NCBI GenBank assembly: GCA_047975025.1
Contig: JBKECY010000050.1
Location: 38,055-102,054 of the forward strand
DNA length: 64,000 nt
Origin: Lachnospiraceae bacterium
GTDB taxonomy: Bacteria; Bacillota; Clostridia; Lachnospirales; Lachnospiraceae
Reading direction: 5' to 3'
The stretch's first letter is position 1, and each line of letters starts with the position of its first letter. This document shows, piece by piece, positions 29,060-38,793 of the stretch. The notes beneath the pieces were generated by a model that was given only the letters and a program-made list of their open reading frames with translations, had not been told where the DNA came from and searched no databases. Position numbers and translations under genes: made by a program.

Positions 29060-29264
29060 GCGTTTATTTTTAAAGGAAGGGGATGATTCAAAAGCAGACA
29101 GAGTTTTATCACCACAAATTATTTCAGCAGGAGAAAGGTAGAGAATAATGAAAAAAGTTTTGAAGGGATTTATGAAAAGAGGATGCAGTTTATTACTGGT
29201 CATCGTAATGCTGCTGACATCTTTGCTGCCCCAGGTTGTATTGGCAGCTCCTGAGGGAGAAAGT

Positions 29265-29735
29265 GCGTATGCAACGATTAGTGTGGAGGCTTTTTCGGTA
29301 GGCGGAGGGTATATAGTGGAGCCAATCAGGGTTCCGATTACATCAGGGGAAAAAGTCTCAGATGTATTTGAGGCGGCTTTGACCCAAAAGGGGTATACCT
29401 CGACAACCGTTACAGAAGGGACATATTATGTCACCGGAATTACCGGAAGTTTTTCTTTTACACCGGCACTTCCAGCAAGCACCAGTGCCTCTGTACAGGC
29501 TTTCGCAGAGACGAATGGAGACCCTATCCGGGAAAATTCAGAGCAGACATTGGATATGAGCTTCTGGACACCGGGTACCTTGAAAGCAGGGGATTTTGCC
29601 ACAACCAGTGGCTGGATGTATGCGTATAATAATGAAATGCCCGATACCACAATGAACAATGTGGAAGTACAGGACGGGGATGTGATCCGGGTGCAGTACT
29701 CCATGATGTGGGGGGATGACATTGGAGCAGGTTAC
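29265..29735 (+). other. DUF4430 / transcobalamin-like C-terminal-domain homology region within the giant protein
   Basis: ATISVEAF..GGGYIVEP..VPITSGEKVSDVFEAAL...YYVTGITG...TSGWMYAYNNEMP......VQDGDVIRVQYS follows the pattern I recall for PF14478. Confidence 0.7.
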
Positions 29736-32700
29736 GGCGGCACCGGGCTGGACCCAGCCAACAAGGATGAACTGACAAGTTTTCTTGCTGAGGTCAACAG
29801 TGCGGCTAATTCCGCTGAACTTCTCGCAGACAGCACAGTCAGGAATGCCTATGATGCCGGTGTGCAGGCAGCGGCCCTCCTTGGAAACAGCCAGGAGGCG
29901 GTAAGCGGCAGTGCCACGACATTAAGAGCGGCGCTGGATAACTTTATTGCAGACCAGCCATCCCTGACCCTTTCACCCAAAGAAGCAGGCTTGCTGACAG
30001 GAGAGAGCGTACAACTCACAGCCGCACTGCAGAATCTGGAGGGGGAACCGCAATGGGTCAGTGATGCACCGGAGGTAGCTTCGGTTGACAGCACTGGACT
30101 GGTAGAAGCACTTACAGCAGGAAGTGCGACGATTACAGCCAGCATAGGCGAGGTGCAGGATACCTGTGTCATAACGGTAACACAGGCGCCTCAGGATGAA
30201 GAGAAAGTAGATGCCGTACTGGCCAAAGTGCAGAGCAGCTGGTTAAAGCTTGCAGCAGTATCTCCGGTAGATACTAATGTAATAACGCTGTTCAACACAT
30301 GGATTGCCGCACAGACGGACTTGAACACGCAGGGGATTACCGCAGCGCTAAAAAGCAGCAGTGATACGGATTATGTCGCACAGGACGGAAGCATAACGTA
30401 TATGCAGCCGCAAACGACGCCTGGTTCCATTGCTGTCAAAAATGTAACGCTCGTGTTTACCCTTAGCTGTGGAGAGGTCGTTAAAGATACACAGAATATC
30501 ACAGTTCAGCTTGGGTGGGACAAAGCAGCCATGCTGAGCAAAATGAATGCGGAAGCAGATGTATTTACCGCAGATTTCATTAAAAAGGACAATACGGATC
30601 TGGAAAATGTTACACAGGATCTGACACTGCCGCAAATTGCCTCACAGTCTTATAGTCAGGCATGGTCTGTTGTGTCATGGGAATCATCCAATACGGATGT
30701 CATTCGTGTGGAGAGCACAGATCCATATGGAGGCTATGCAACACCTCTGGCCGGCAAGGTCACGCGTCCTGCCGAGGATACGCAGGTGACATTGACAGCC
30801 ACCTTTGGGTTAAAGCCACAGTGTCTGAATGACAAAGTGAATCCGGATCTTACATTTACGAAGACATTTACAGTAACAGTACTCGGTGAGGAAGTCCCGG
30901 TAGAAGATGGGGATGCAATTCGTGCCGAGATGCAGGCGAAGCTCGACAAATACTATGTTTCGGATCTGCTGACAGATTTCGTGACAAAGGAAAAGCTGGA
31001 CCTGAATCAGGTAGTAGGCGATATCCAGCTGCCGATCCCAAGCAGGATCGCAGTGGATACAGGGGATACAAAATTCGTATCCAATCAGATTAAGGTAACC
31101 AGCGATAATACGGAGATTGCCAGCATTAGCGGCTACCGAGTCAATGTAGATGTATTTGCGGCAGCAGACACCACGCTCAATCTGACAGTGACCTACACAA
31201 AAACAAGTGAACTGGGAAATACATACAGTGTGCAAAAAGTATTTCCTATCACAGTCAGAATGATCAGTGAAGCTGAACTGGATGCCGAAATAGCGCTTAT
31301 GGAGGCTGTCAAAGCACACTATTTTGATGGACTTAACGACGGAGCGAATCTGAATCAGAATACAATCGTAAATAATCTGCATGCTTTTAAGGAAGCAGTA
31401 TTTGCTGAAGACGGGCAAACGCTTGTCTGGGCATATCACATTGATGATACGACCGGGACGGGAATTATCCCGACTGATATTGACCCGGATGATCAGATGG
31501 GTGTCAATGGATACAGATTGTTCAAATCCACGGATAATTCGCTGATCCGTCATGAGAATCTGCTCGTAACACTGCCTGAAACCGAGAAGCAGGTTACAAT
31601 TTCATCGGTACTGACAAGCGCACGCTTTGGAGAGTGGGCAAAGTCACATCCTGAGAATGCGAAATTGCAGAAAGTATATCGTCAGCCTGTCGAGGTTACG
31701 GTTACGGTAAAAACGCAGGCCTATGTGGATGCACAGGCTGCCCTGCAGACGGCACTCGGTGAGCTTGCGGCTAAGGTCACAGAAGCTGAACAAATCGACA
31801 CAACGCTGTATACTGCTGAGTCTGTGAGCCTGTTCGATACAGCTTTGCAAGCGGCTCAGAATATTTTGTCGGATGATTCTATGACAGATCTCACAGCAGA
31901 AGTTGTGACAGCTGCCAAAGCTAGTCTGGAAGCGGCAATTCGCGGTCTGGTATATAAAAGTGCCGATTTAAGCGGATTACAAGAAGAAATAGAACGTGCG
32001 CAGAGTCTGGATTCTGCACTATTTACAGAAACCTCCTTTGCGGCAGTCACCAATATTCTGGGCGAGGCGAGGCTGTTAGTGGCAGCACAGCCTGTGATCC
32101 TGCAGCAGACGCAGGTGAATGCACTGGCGGAAAGCCTGAAGCAGGCAATTGACGGTTTGGTTTATAAAGAGAGCCAGAGCCGGCTGAAAAGTCTTAAATT
32201 CTCGGAGACCGGAGCTGACAGCACTTTATTACAGTCAACACCGGGATTTGAGAAAAACACCTTCGCCTATGATGTATCTGTATACGATTATCTGACGAGT
32301 TTCTATGTATATGCTGAAACAGAAAATACACAGGATGTGCTTAAATACTATGTACGGACATCCATGGGAACAACCAGTATTTATACACATGCAAGCGGCC
32401 CATGGAGAGGGGTTAGTACGACCGGCTCCGCAGACATTCCTTATAAATTAAGTAATGATGCAAGCAAGTTGTCTTCAACTGCTGTATGGCCGGATGTAAC
32501 CGTATATAATATACATCTGAACAAAATTGCCACTTTAAAAAATCTAAGTGTCAATGAGACAATAAAGCCGAGTACATTCGATAAGAATGTCAGAGAATAC
32601 CAGGCATATATTCCGGCCGGGCAGACAACGGTAGATATTACCGCTTCGGGATATAGTTCTGATTATAAAGTCAGAGCAGGGGAAGTAGAAGGCAAAAGCG

Positions 32701-35700
32701 ATAAGGTAATAAGCGTTCCTGTGGTTTGGGATGGGGACACGATGGAGGTTCCGGTCACTGTATATTCCGCAGATACAATCGCGTCAACTTATACAGTTAT
32801 CCTGCATAAAGAGCCTACCGCAGATGTACCGGACATTCTGTTACAGCCGACAGCAGGACAGAACTATGTGGATACGGATGCGGCAACGCCCATCAAAGTC
32901 AAAGCAAGTGCCAACGGAAGCCTGAGCTACCAGTGGTTCAAGAATACGACGGAAAGTACGCAAGGGGGCGTCAAAATTGACGGCGCAACGGCTGCTTCCT
33001 ACCAGCCGACCTATGGCCTGGTGACACAGACAGAGACATACTACTATTACTGTGTTATTACGAATACCAATACACAGGGAAGTTATGATACAACGACGGA
33101 TCTTGTGCATATCACCGTAAAGCCGGATCCGACACCCTATGATGTACAGCTTGTACCGTCGGACGGCAGTGAGCTTTCGGCGAACGGCTATTTCTGCGCA
33201 GTCGGAGACGAGGCGCAGGAGGTGAAAGTCACTTTCAAGAGTCGTGCACAAGGCGGGGTTGAGAACAATACGTATAAATATCAGTGGTGGACGAAGGATG
33301 CCAGCGGCACTGGTTCCGGTTCCACTAAGACGACGGATACGTTTTCGTTTGCAACAACACTTAACAGAGCACGTTATATCAGCTGCGTGGTAACCATCGC
33401 ACTGGATGGCGTCACTTACAAATCGGATTATAGGAATGCGGTCCTGTTTACAGTGTATGCCAAAGGAATAACGGCTACCACGATCTCAAAACAACCGGTG
33501 GCAGCAGAGTATGTTTGCGGTGCGGCCGATGTATTGCCGCTGTCAGTAACCATTAGTAACAACATTTCAGGAATGGATAATGCCTCTAATGTGCCGCAAT
33601 GGTATGTCAGTGACGACAATGTGACATTTGCGGCTATTGAAGGGGCTACGGAGCTGAGTTATACACCGCCGGCTACGTCAGAGCCTTCTGCAAAATACTA
33701 TAAATGCAAAATCACTTCCCGTCTGGTAAGCTACAATGGCAGAACCTATACGGCAGCCGTTGATTCAGATGCTGTTAAGGTAGGATTCTCGACATTAGAA
33801 GAGATTGTCGGAGAAACGTTGTGGGACGGAGAGGGTACGCAGGAAAATCCGTACCTGCTAAAGACCGCAGACGATCTGCTGCTGATGCAGCGTCTGGTTA
33901 ACGAAAAAGGAATTAATCTGTCAGGAAAATACCTGAAGATGGCAAATGATATTACATTACCCGAAGCATGGGTGCCTATTGGTTCCTTAAAACCGGGTAT
34001 GACATCGACATCTAATGGGAAGTATATCAATCCCTTCTCCGGTACTTTTGACGGAGGGAACTTCACGTTAACCGTCCCAGAGGATGGCCTGCCGCTTTGC
34101 GGCTATGTACGATTTGCATCAGTACAGAATTTGAATATTTACGGAACTAAAATCGCAGGCTACGGTCTTATCAATAATTTTACGGTAGACTACGGCGCCA
34201 CAGGTGTCTACAATGACTGGACAGCATTAGGCGCAGTTACGGCGAACATTGATAAGGTTACATTAAAGAGCGGTACAAAGACCTTAAAAGCGGGATTTTT
34301 AGGCGGCTATGCTTCCGCAGCCAATATTGTGAATTTTAATAACTGCCTTGTTGAAGAAGGGGTTATCATTGGCTACGATAAGAGCCAGACACAGATCGGT
34401 TCTTTTGCCGGCAATCTGGCCGGGACAATCAATAACTGCCATAGTTATGCTACGGTATACGGTACAGACCGGGTTGGTGGTCTGGCAGGTTCAAAAGGTG
34501 AGGCCATGGGAGTCTGCCGCGTAATTAACAGCAGCTTCCAGGGAACCGTAGAAGCGACTGGAAAGTATGTCGGCGGTATTTTCGGCTCCGGTTACACCTC
34601 AGCATCCGCACCTAATACACCTTGTGTTTCCGTACAAAACTGCTTTGTCAGAGCCGATATAACCGGCGGACAATACGTCGGTGGTATATTGGGAGCTGAG
34701 CCGGTTGTTGTACAGTGCTGGGCGAACGGTGTTGGTGCAATTCAGAACAACTATTTCTATGGAACGCTGTCAGGCGACGTAACAGGCGGTATTATAGGCC
34801 TGATGCATTCCTTGGATCGGTATAACATTATTGAGAACAACTACTTCTATGATTTGGGCGGCACAACAGATACAATTGGACACTGTGGATACGACTCTGA
34901 CGATTGCCAGGGAAGATACGAAATACCTTACAACAGATGCGTATTTCCGTTCAGACGACCCGTTAGGAGCAGATGCTGACAAGCTGGGACGGACTGTCAC
35001 AACAGAAGAGCTTTCAGATGGTACCATAACGGCAGCGCTTAATACAGGCGGCAGCAGTAGCAGGAATTGGGTTCAGGGAAGTTCCTTCCCGGAATTCGGT
35101 GAGGGTGAAGTGCTGTATGTGACAACCCTGGATATTACCGGCTACAAAGCGGAATACTCGACACTGGATGATTTTACAACTGAAGGAACGGTTGTCACTG
35201 CGTATATGAATGATGGAAGCAGCAAGCTGGTTGCCACAGAAGACGTAGAATTCTCCGGCTATATTCAGACAGCCGGTACGTGGACGATTACCGCTGTGTA
35301 TGGCGGCGCCATGAAGATGTTCAGTGTTAAGGTGCGGGCAGCCACAGATGAGGAAAAGGCACAAAAAGTAAGTGCTATGATTACTGCACTTCCCGAAGTG
35401 ACCCTGGACAGTGAAGATGCGATCACAGCTGTCCGGCAGGCGTATGACGGCTTGACGGATGTACAAAAAGAGCTGGTGAGCAACTATGCGCAGCTTACAG
35501 CAGCAGAAGACACGCTTTTGCAGCTGAAAGTCGATACACAGGCAGCGGAAGCAGCGACGCAGGCTATTGTTGCCATTGGAACTGTAACGAAAGATAGCGG
35601 GGATGCGATACAAGCTGCCCGTACAGCCTATGACGGACTGACAGAGGCTCAAAAACAACTGGTAACAGAAGATGTGCTCAAGACTCTGACCGATGCTGAG

Positions 35701-35727
35701 ACGGCGTTTGAAAAGTTGACTCAACTT

Positions 35728-36216
35728 GAAGGCTGGATCACAGAGGATGGATATCAGTTCTATTATGTTAATGGCAAGAAAGCCACTGGATTTACTGCAA
35801 TTGAAGGAAAGACGTATTATTTTAGCAAGGTAAAGGCCAGAGAAGGCCGTATGATGACAGGTTTCCAGACAATTGGAGGGTACAGATATTTCTTCAGTAA
35901 AGTAAAAGCAAGAGAAGGTTAGATGTTAACAGGCTTCCAGACAATCAATGGACATAAGTATTATTTCAGCAAGGTCGCTGCACGAAAAGGGCGCATGCTG
36001 ACAGGCTTCCAGACGATTAGCGGACACAAGTACTATTTCAGTGCAGTTAAAACGCGACAGGGACGTATGTTGACCGGACTTCAGTACATCAACGGGAAGA
36101 AATACTATTTTAGTATGTCAACAGCTACAAAAGGTCAGATGCTCAAAAGCAGATGGGTAAAGGTCGGAAATAAGTCCTATTATCTTGGAAGTAACGGAGT
36201 TGTTACGAAGAGTAAA
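35728..36216 (+). repeat. Tandem ~66-nt coding repeats (about 7 copies) encoding cell-wall-binding repeats (G-x-M-x-TGFQTI-x-G-x-KYYFS)
   Basis: The repeats are directly visible in translation: GWITEDGYQFYYVNGKKATGF / TAIEGKTYYFSKVKAREGRMMTGFQ / TIGGYRYFFSKVKAREG*MLTGFQ / TINGHKYYFS... Confidence 0.85.
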
Positions 36217-36276
36217 TAAGATGCAAAAGTAAAATGACCGAAATGACCGGAATCACAATAAAGTAGGAAAAAGTAC

Positions 36277-36305
36277 TTGCGAACCAGACGGTGATATGAT
36301 ACAAT
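36277..36305 (+). promoter_or_regulatory. Promoter for tRNA-Leu
   Basis: TTGCGA (36277-36282), 17 nt spacer, TACAAT (36300-36305), about 37 nt upstream of the tRNA 5' end. Confidence 0.6.
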
Positions 36306-36341
36306 GACTTCTGGTTCGCAAGAAATTCCTATTTTTTTCAT

Positions 36342-36425
36342 GCCGGCGTGTCGGAACTGGCAGACGAGACAGACTCAAAATCTGTTGTCCGCAAGGGCGT
36401 GTGGGTTCGAGTCCCACTGCCGGCA
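36342..36425 (+). tRNA. tRNA-Leu (anticodon CAA), class II with long variable arm; CCA not encoded
   Basis: Acceptor stem GCCGGCG/TGCCGGC; anticodon arm ACAGA-CTCAAAA-TCTGT; long variable arm GTCCGCAAGGGCGTG; T-arm GTGGG-TTCGAGT-CCCAC. Confidence 0.92.
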
Positions 36426-36495
36426 TACTATGAATGCTGAATATGCAGCGTTTTATTTTTTGAAAGTTGCATATTAAGTTGCATATGTTTCATAA

Positions 36496-36538
36496 AAGAA
36501 GGAGTCACTGTACGTATTACATACAGTGGCTCCTTCTT
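36496..36538. terminator. 17-bp stem hairpin terminator between tRNA-Leu (+) and the TraX-family gene (-)
   Basis: AAGAAGGAGTCACTGTA-CGTATTACA-TACAGTGGCTCCTTCTT. There is a T-rich flank on the minus strand (CTTTTAT) and TGCGTTTT on the plus strand. Confidence 0.7.
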
Positions 36539-36544
36539 TGCGTT

Positions 36545-37279
36545 TTACAGTCCCAGAATCACACGAAGCAAAGCTAGAATCATGAAATGGGCAGGATAAA
36601 AAATATAAAAGAAATACTTATTTAATCGAGGTCTTAGATTGGTATGAATATAAATCAGAGGCAGAGACAAGAGTGCAAATGCCTGCAGATCCAGCCCTAG
36701 CGGACCTATGTAGAAGTAGTCCCCAAGCCCCCATGCCAGCATCCAGAGCGCAATGGTGCATGCTGACAGCCAACGAGGTCGTTCGCGCATCAGATAGAAT
36801 AGAACGATTAACCCAATACCATACAGACCATAATCCACTCCGACCAGCCACTCGAAGAGTACCAGCAGCGGGAGTAAAAACCAGCGCTTTCTCAAATCAG
36901 ACAGCGCATAAATGGCAATGACACCCAGCAAGAGCGTAAATAAAATATTCAGGTTCAGAAAATCCGCATCCATTCCGCTGCTTTGTGCGGTGAGTCTGGT
37001 AATCACATAGGCTCCAAGAAAAAGGGATTGTGTGATTACCGCAAAAATCCCAAGACGAAGCATGTAACGCTTTATATTTCGGGTGTACAGACAGCCCACC
37101 ACGACGCAGTAGGCAATCAATGGGAAGGAAATCCGTCCAAGAACTGCCATGATTTGATTTTCGGGAAAAAACGCTTTATGGACATGATCAATGACCATAC
37201 TGATGATTGCAATGATTTTTAAAAGGTTCGTATCGAGGTTCTCGTTTATTTTAGCTGCTGTTTTATCTGCCTGTGTCAT
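36545..37279 (-). CDS. TraX-family membrane protein (putative acyltransferase-like)
   Basis: 244 aa polytopic protein. The N-terminus LLKIIAIISMVIDHV is characteristic of the TraX family. Confidence 0.7.
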   Translation of the reverse strand: MTQADKTAAKINENLDTNLLKIIAIISMVIDHVHKAFFPENQIMAVLGRISFPLIAYCVVVGCLYTRNIKRYMLRLGIFAVITQSLFLGAYVITRLTAQSSGMDADFLNLNILFTLLLGVIAIYALSDLRKRWFLLPLLVLFEWLVGVDYGLYGIGLIVLFYLMRERPRWLSACTIALWMLAWGLGDYFYIGPLGLDLQAFALLSLPLIYIHTNLRPRLNKYFFYIFYPAHFMILALLRVILGL

Positions 37280-37371
37280 TTAGCCTGCTCTTTCTTTAAG
37301 ATTGTACAATGGTGGTATAAATAGTTTATACCATAAGATGGTTGCACAAGGCAAGAAAAATCAGGATGACA

Positions 37372-38100
37372 TTAGTCGGCATAGCCTGTTTCCCGGACTC
37401 CCTGGATGATATTGCGCATATAGGTGTCGCGTACTTTGCGATAATCCCGCTGCCGTATATAGACGATATCCCCGTTTTTCATAATAAAGTCCTGTGTCAG
37501 CTCCTCTACATAATTCAAGTTTACAATATAAGCCCGGTGGCAGCGCAGAAAAGGAGGGGAGGGGAGCATTTTCTCCAGAGCATCCATAGAAGTATAGGTT
37601 GAGATTTCACCGGCCGTAGTATGAATTGTGCAGGTTCTGTTGTAAATATCGACATACATAATTTGACGCAGTGCGATGCTTAGTTCCTTTTTATTCGAAA
37701 GTACGACGCAGTAGGGTTCCTGACCGGGCGTACTTAATTTTATAGCCTGCTGAAGCGCGCGATTCACGTCCTCCTGTCTGGTCGGCTTTAGCAGATACTG
37801 CAGTGCCTGTACTTGGTAGCTCTCAAACGTATGCTCGCGGCTGGAAGTTGTAAATATAATAATACAGTCATTATCCTGTGCCCGCAGCTGCTGCGCTGTT
37901 TCAATTCCGGTCATTCCTTTCATATAGATATCCAAAAACACGATCTGATAGTGTTCGGTCACACAACTTTGTAAAAATGCCTCACCACTATGAAAACAAT
38001 GCAGATTCATAGCGACCTGACTGGCTGTAAGCTGTGTGCACAACCATTCCATATCTTCTTTGCGGTCCTCGCATACTGCAACATTATATGGTACTTTCAA
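37372..38100 (-). CDS. Orphan response regulator, REC plus LytTR DNA-binding domain
   Basis: REC domain (VAVCEDRKED..., IVFLDIYMKGMTG) and a LytTR-type C-terminus (FLRCHRAYIVNLNYV). I prefer the TTG start at 38100, which is preceded by GGAGGGG plus 6 nt; the ATG at 38115 has no Shine-Dalgarno sequence. There is no kinase gene nearby. Confidence 0.8.
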   Translation of the reverse strand: MKVPYNVAVCEDRKEDMEWLCTQLTASQVAMNLHCFHSGEAFLQSCVTEHYQIVFLDIYMKGMTGIETAQQLRAQDNDCIIIFTTSSREHTFESYQVQALQYLLKPTRQEDVNRALQQAIKLSTPGQEPYCVVLSNKKELSIALRQIMYVDIYNRTCTIHTTAGEISTYTSMDALEKMLPSPPFLRCHRAYIVNLNYVEELTQDFIMKNGDIVYIRQRDYRKVRDTYMRNIIQGVRETGYAD

Positions 38101-38793
38101 TATTGACCCCTCCATTCAAGACTAAAAACATCCACTATTATATAGGTAGAAAAACAACTTTTTTTCAAAGATATAGCCACCACATTTCAAGCAGGCAGTA
38201 AGATACCGGATAGGATGGCATGTCGTAATTTTAACATGTTTTATACCGCCCGCACAGTGTGAATTTTCTGAATAGTTTTGTAAAATTAATGAAAAGTAAA
38301 AAAAAGGAGATGTATTCGCAAACTTATATGCAATATTACTACAAAAAATGATGATGCACAAAAACGAAAAAAAGTCAAGTGTATTTTACTACATGCAAAA
38401 TTGCCCGAAGCGCACGTCCGAAAAAAGCAAAATTTGATACAATTGATATGTGATATGTGAGTTGTTACTTCATATGATTTGAACAGATATATTGTTGCGT
38501 TTCAGGAAGGAGGAAAATTTGGCAGTGAAGTATACACATACTAATGGAGGATGGCAGCAAGAGAATGTCATATTGGTTCTATCTGAAACTACGTGTTTGA
38601 CCAGGTGACAGGGGAGAAAGGAGAGAATAAAACAAAAAAATGGGAAAGCAGAAACATCTTGATTGATCAAATGTTTGAGTATTCAATACTAGAAAGTACG
38701 TAATTCAGACGCTTGGTGCGGTTCATACCCTTGTATGGGCTATAAGGCCGTTTCGATGATGCATTGGATTCGTACATGAGGAAAGGGAATGGT

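Larger units (their letters stand above)
29148..36219 (+). pseudogene. Giant (~2,350 aa if repaired) secreted cell-wall-bound multidomain protein with an N-terminal transcobalamin-like DUF4430 domain; one frame change and one in-frame TAG
   Basis: Three collinear ORFs: 29148..34979, 34831..35922 and 35923..36219. In order: signal peptide (LLPQVVLAAPEG); DUF4430 motif (SGWMYAYNNEMPDTTMNNVEVQDGDVIRVQYS); Big_2 (LTGESVQLTA...SATITAS); atrophied-Ig-like modules; FIVAR-like helical repeats; cadherin-like beta-sandwich; a GLUG-type glycine-rich repeat region (VGGLAGS, VGGIFGS, VGGILGA); and C-terminal choline-binding-type wall repeats. Confidence 0.8.

Noticed and set aside
35920-35922. The in-frame TAG in the wall-binding repeats might encode pyrrolysine, given the corrinoid methyltransferase genes in the same window.
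   Set aside because: The methyltransferase present is MtaB-type, which is not a Pyl enzyme. No pylTSBCD genes or Pyl-type methylamine methyltransferases are visible. The codon sits where sister repeats have Arg or Gln, and CAG to TAG is a one-step nonsense change. Other frame defects in the window make mutation or sequencing error the simpler reading.
38122-38670. Minus-strand ORFs 38122..38361 (79 aa) and 38470..38670 (66 aa).
   Set aside because: They lie in AT-rich intergenic DNA, have no Shine-Dalgarno sequence, and their composition looks like translated AT-rich spacer (Ile/Phe/Tyr/Asn/Lys-rich).
38116-38793. There might be a c-di-GMP or other known riboswitch in the long adhesin leader.
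   Set aside because: I could not find the conserved GEMM-I/II cores (for example GGGACGCAAAGCC-type or ACGCACTGAGCC-type segments) or any other riboswitch signature I know. This is not excluded without a covariance-model scan.
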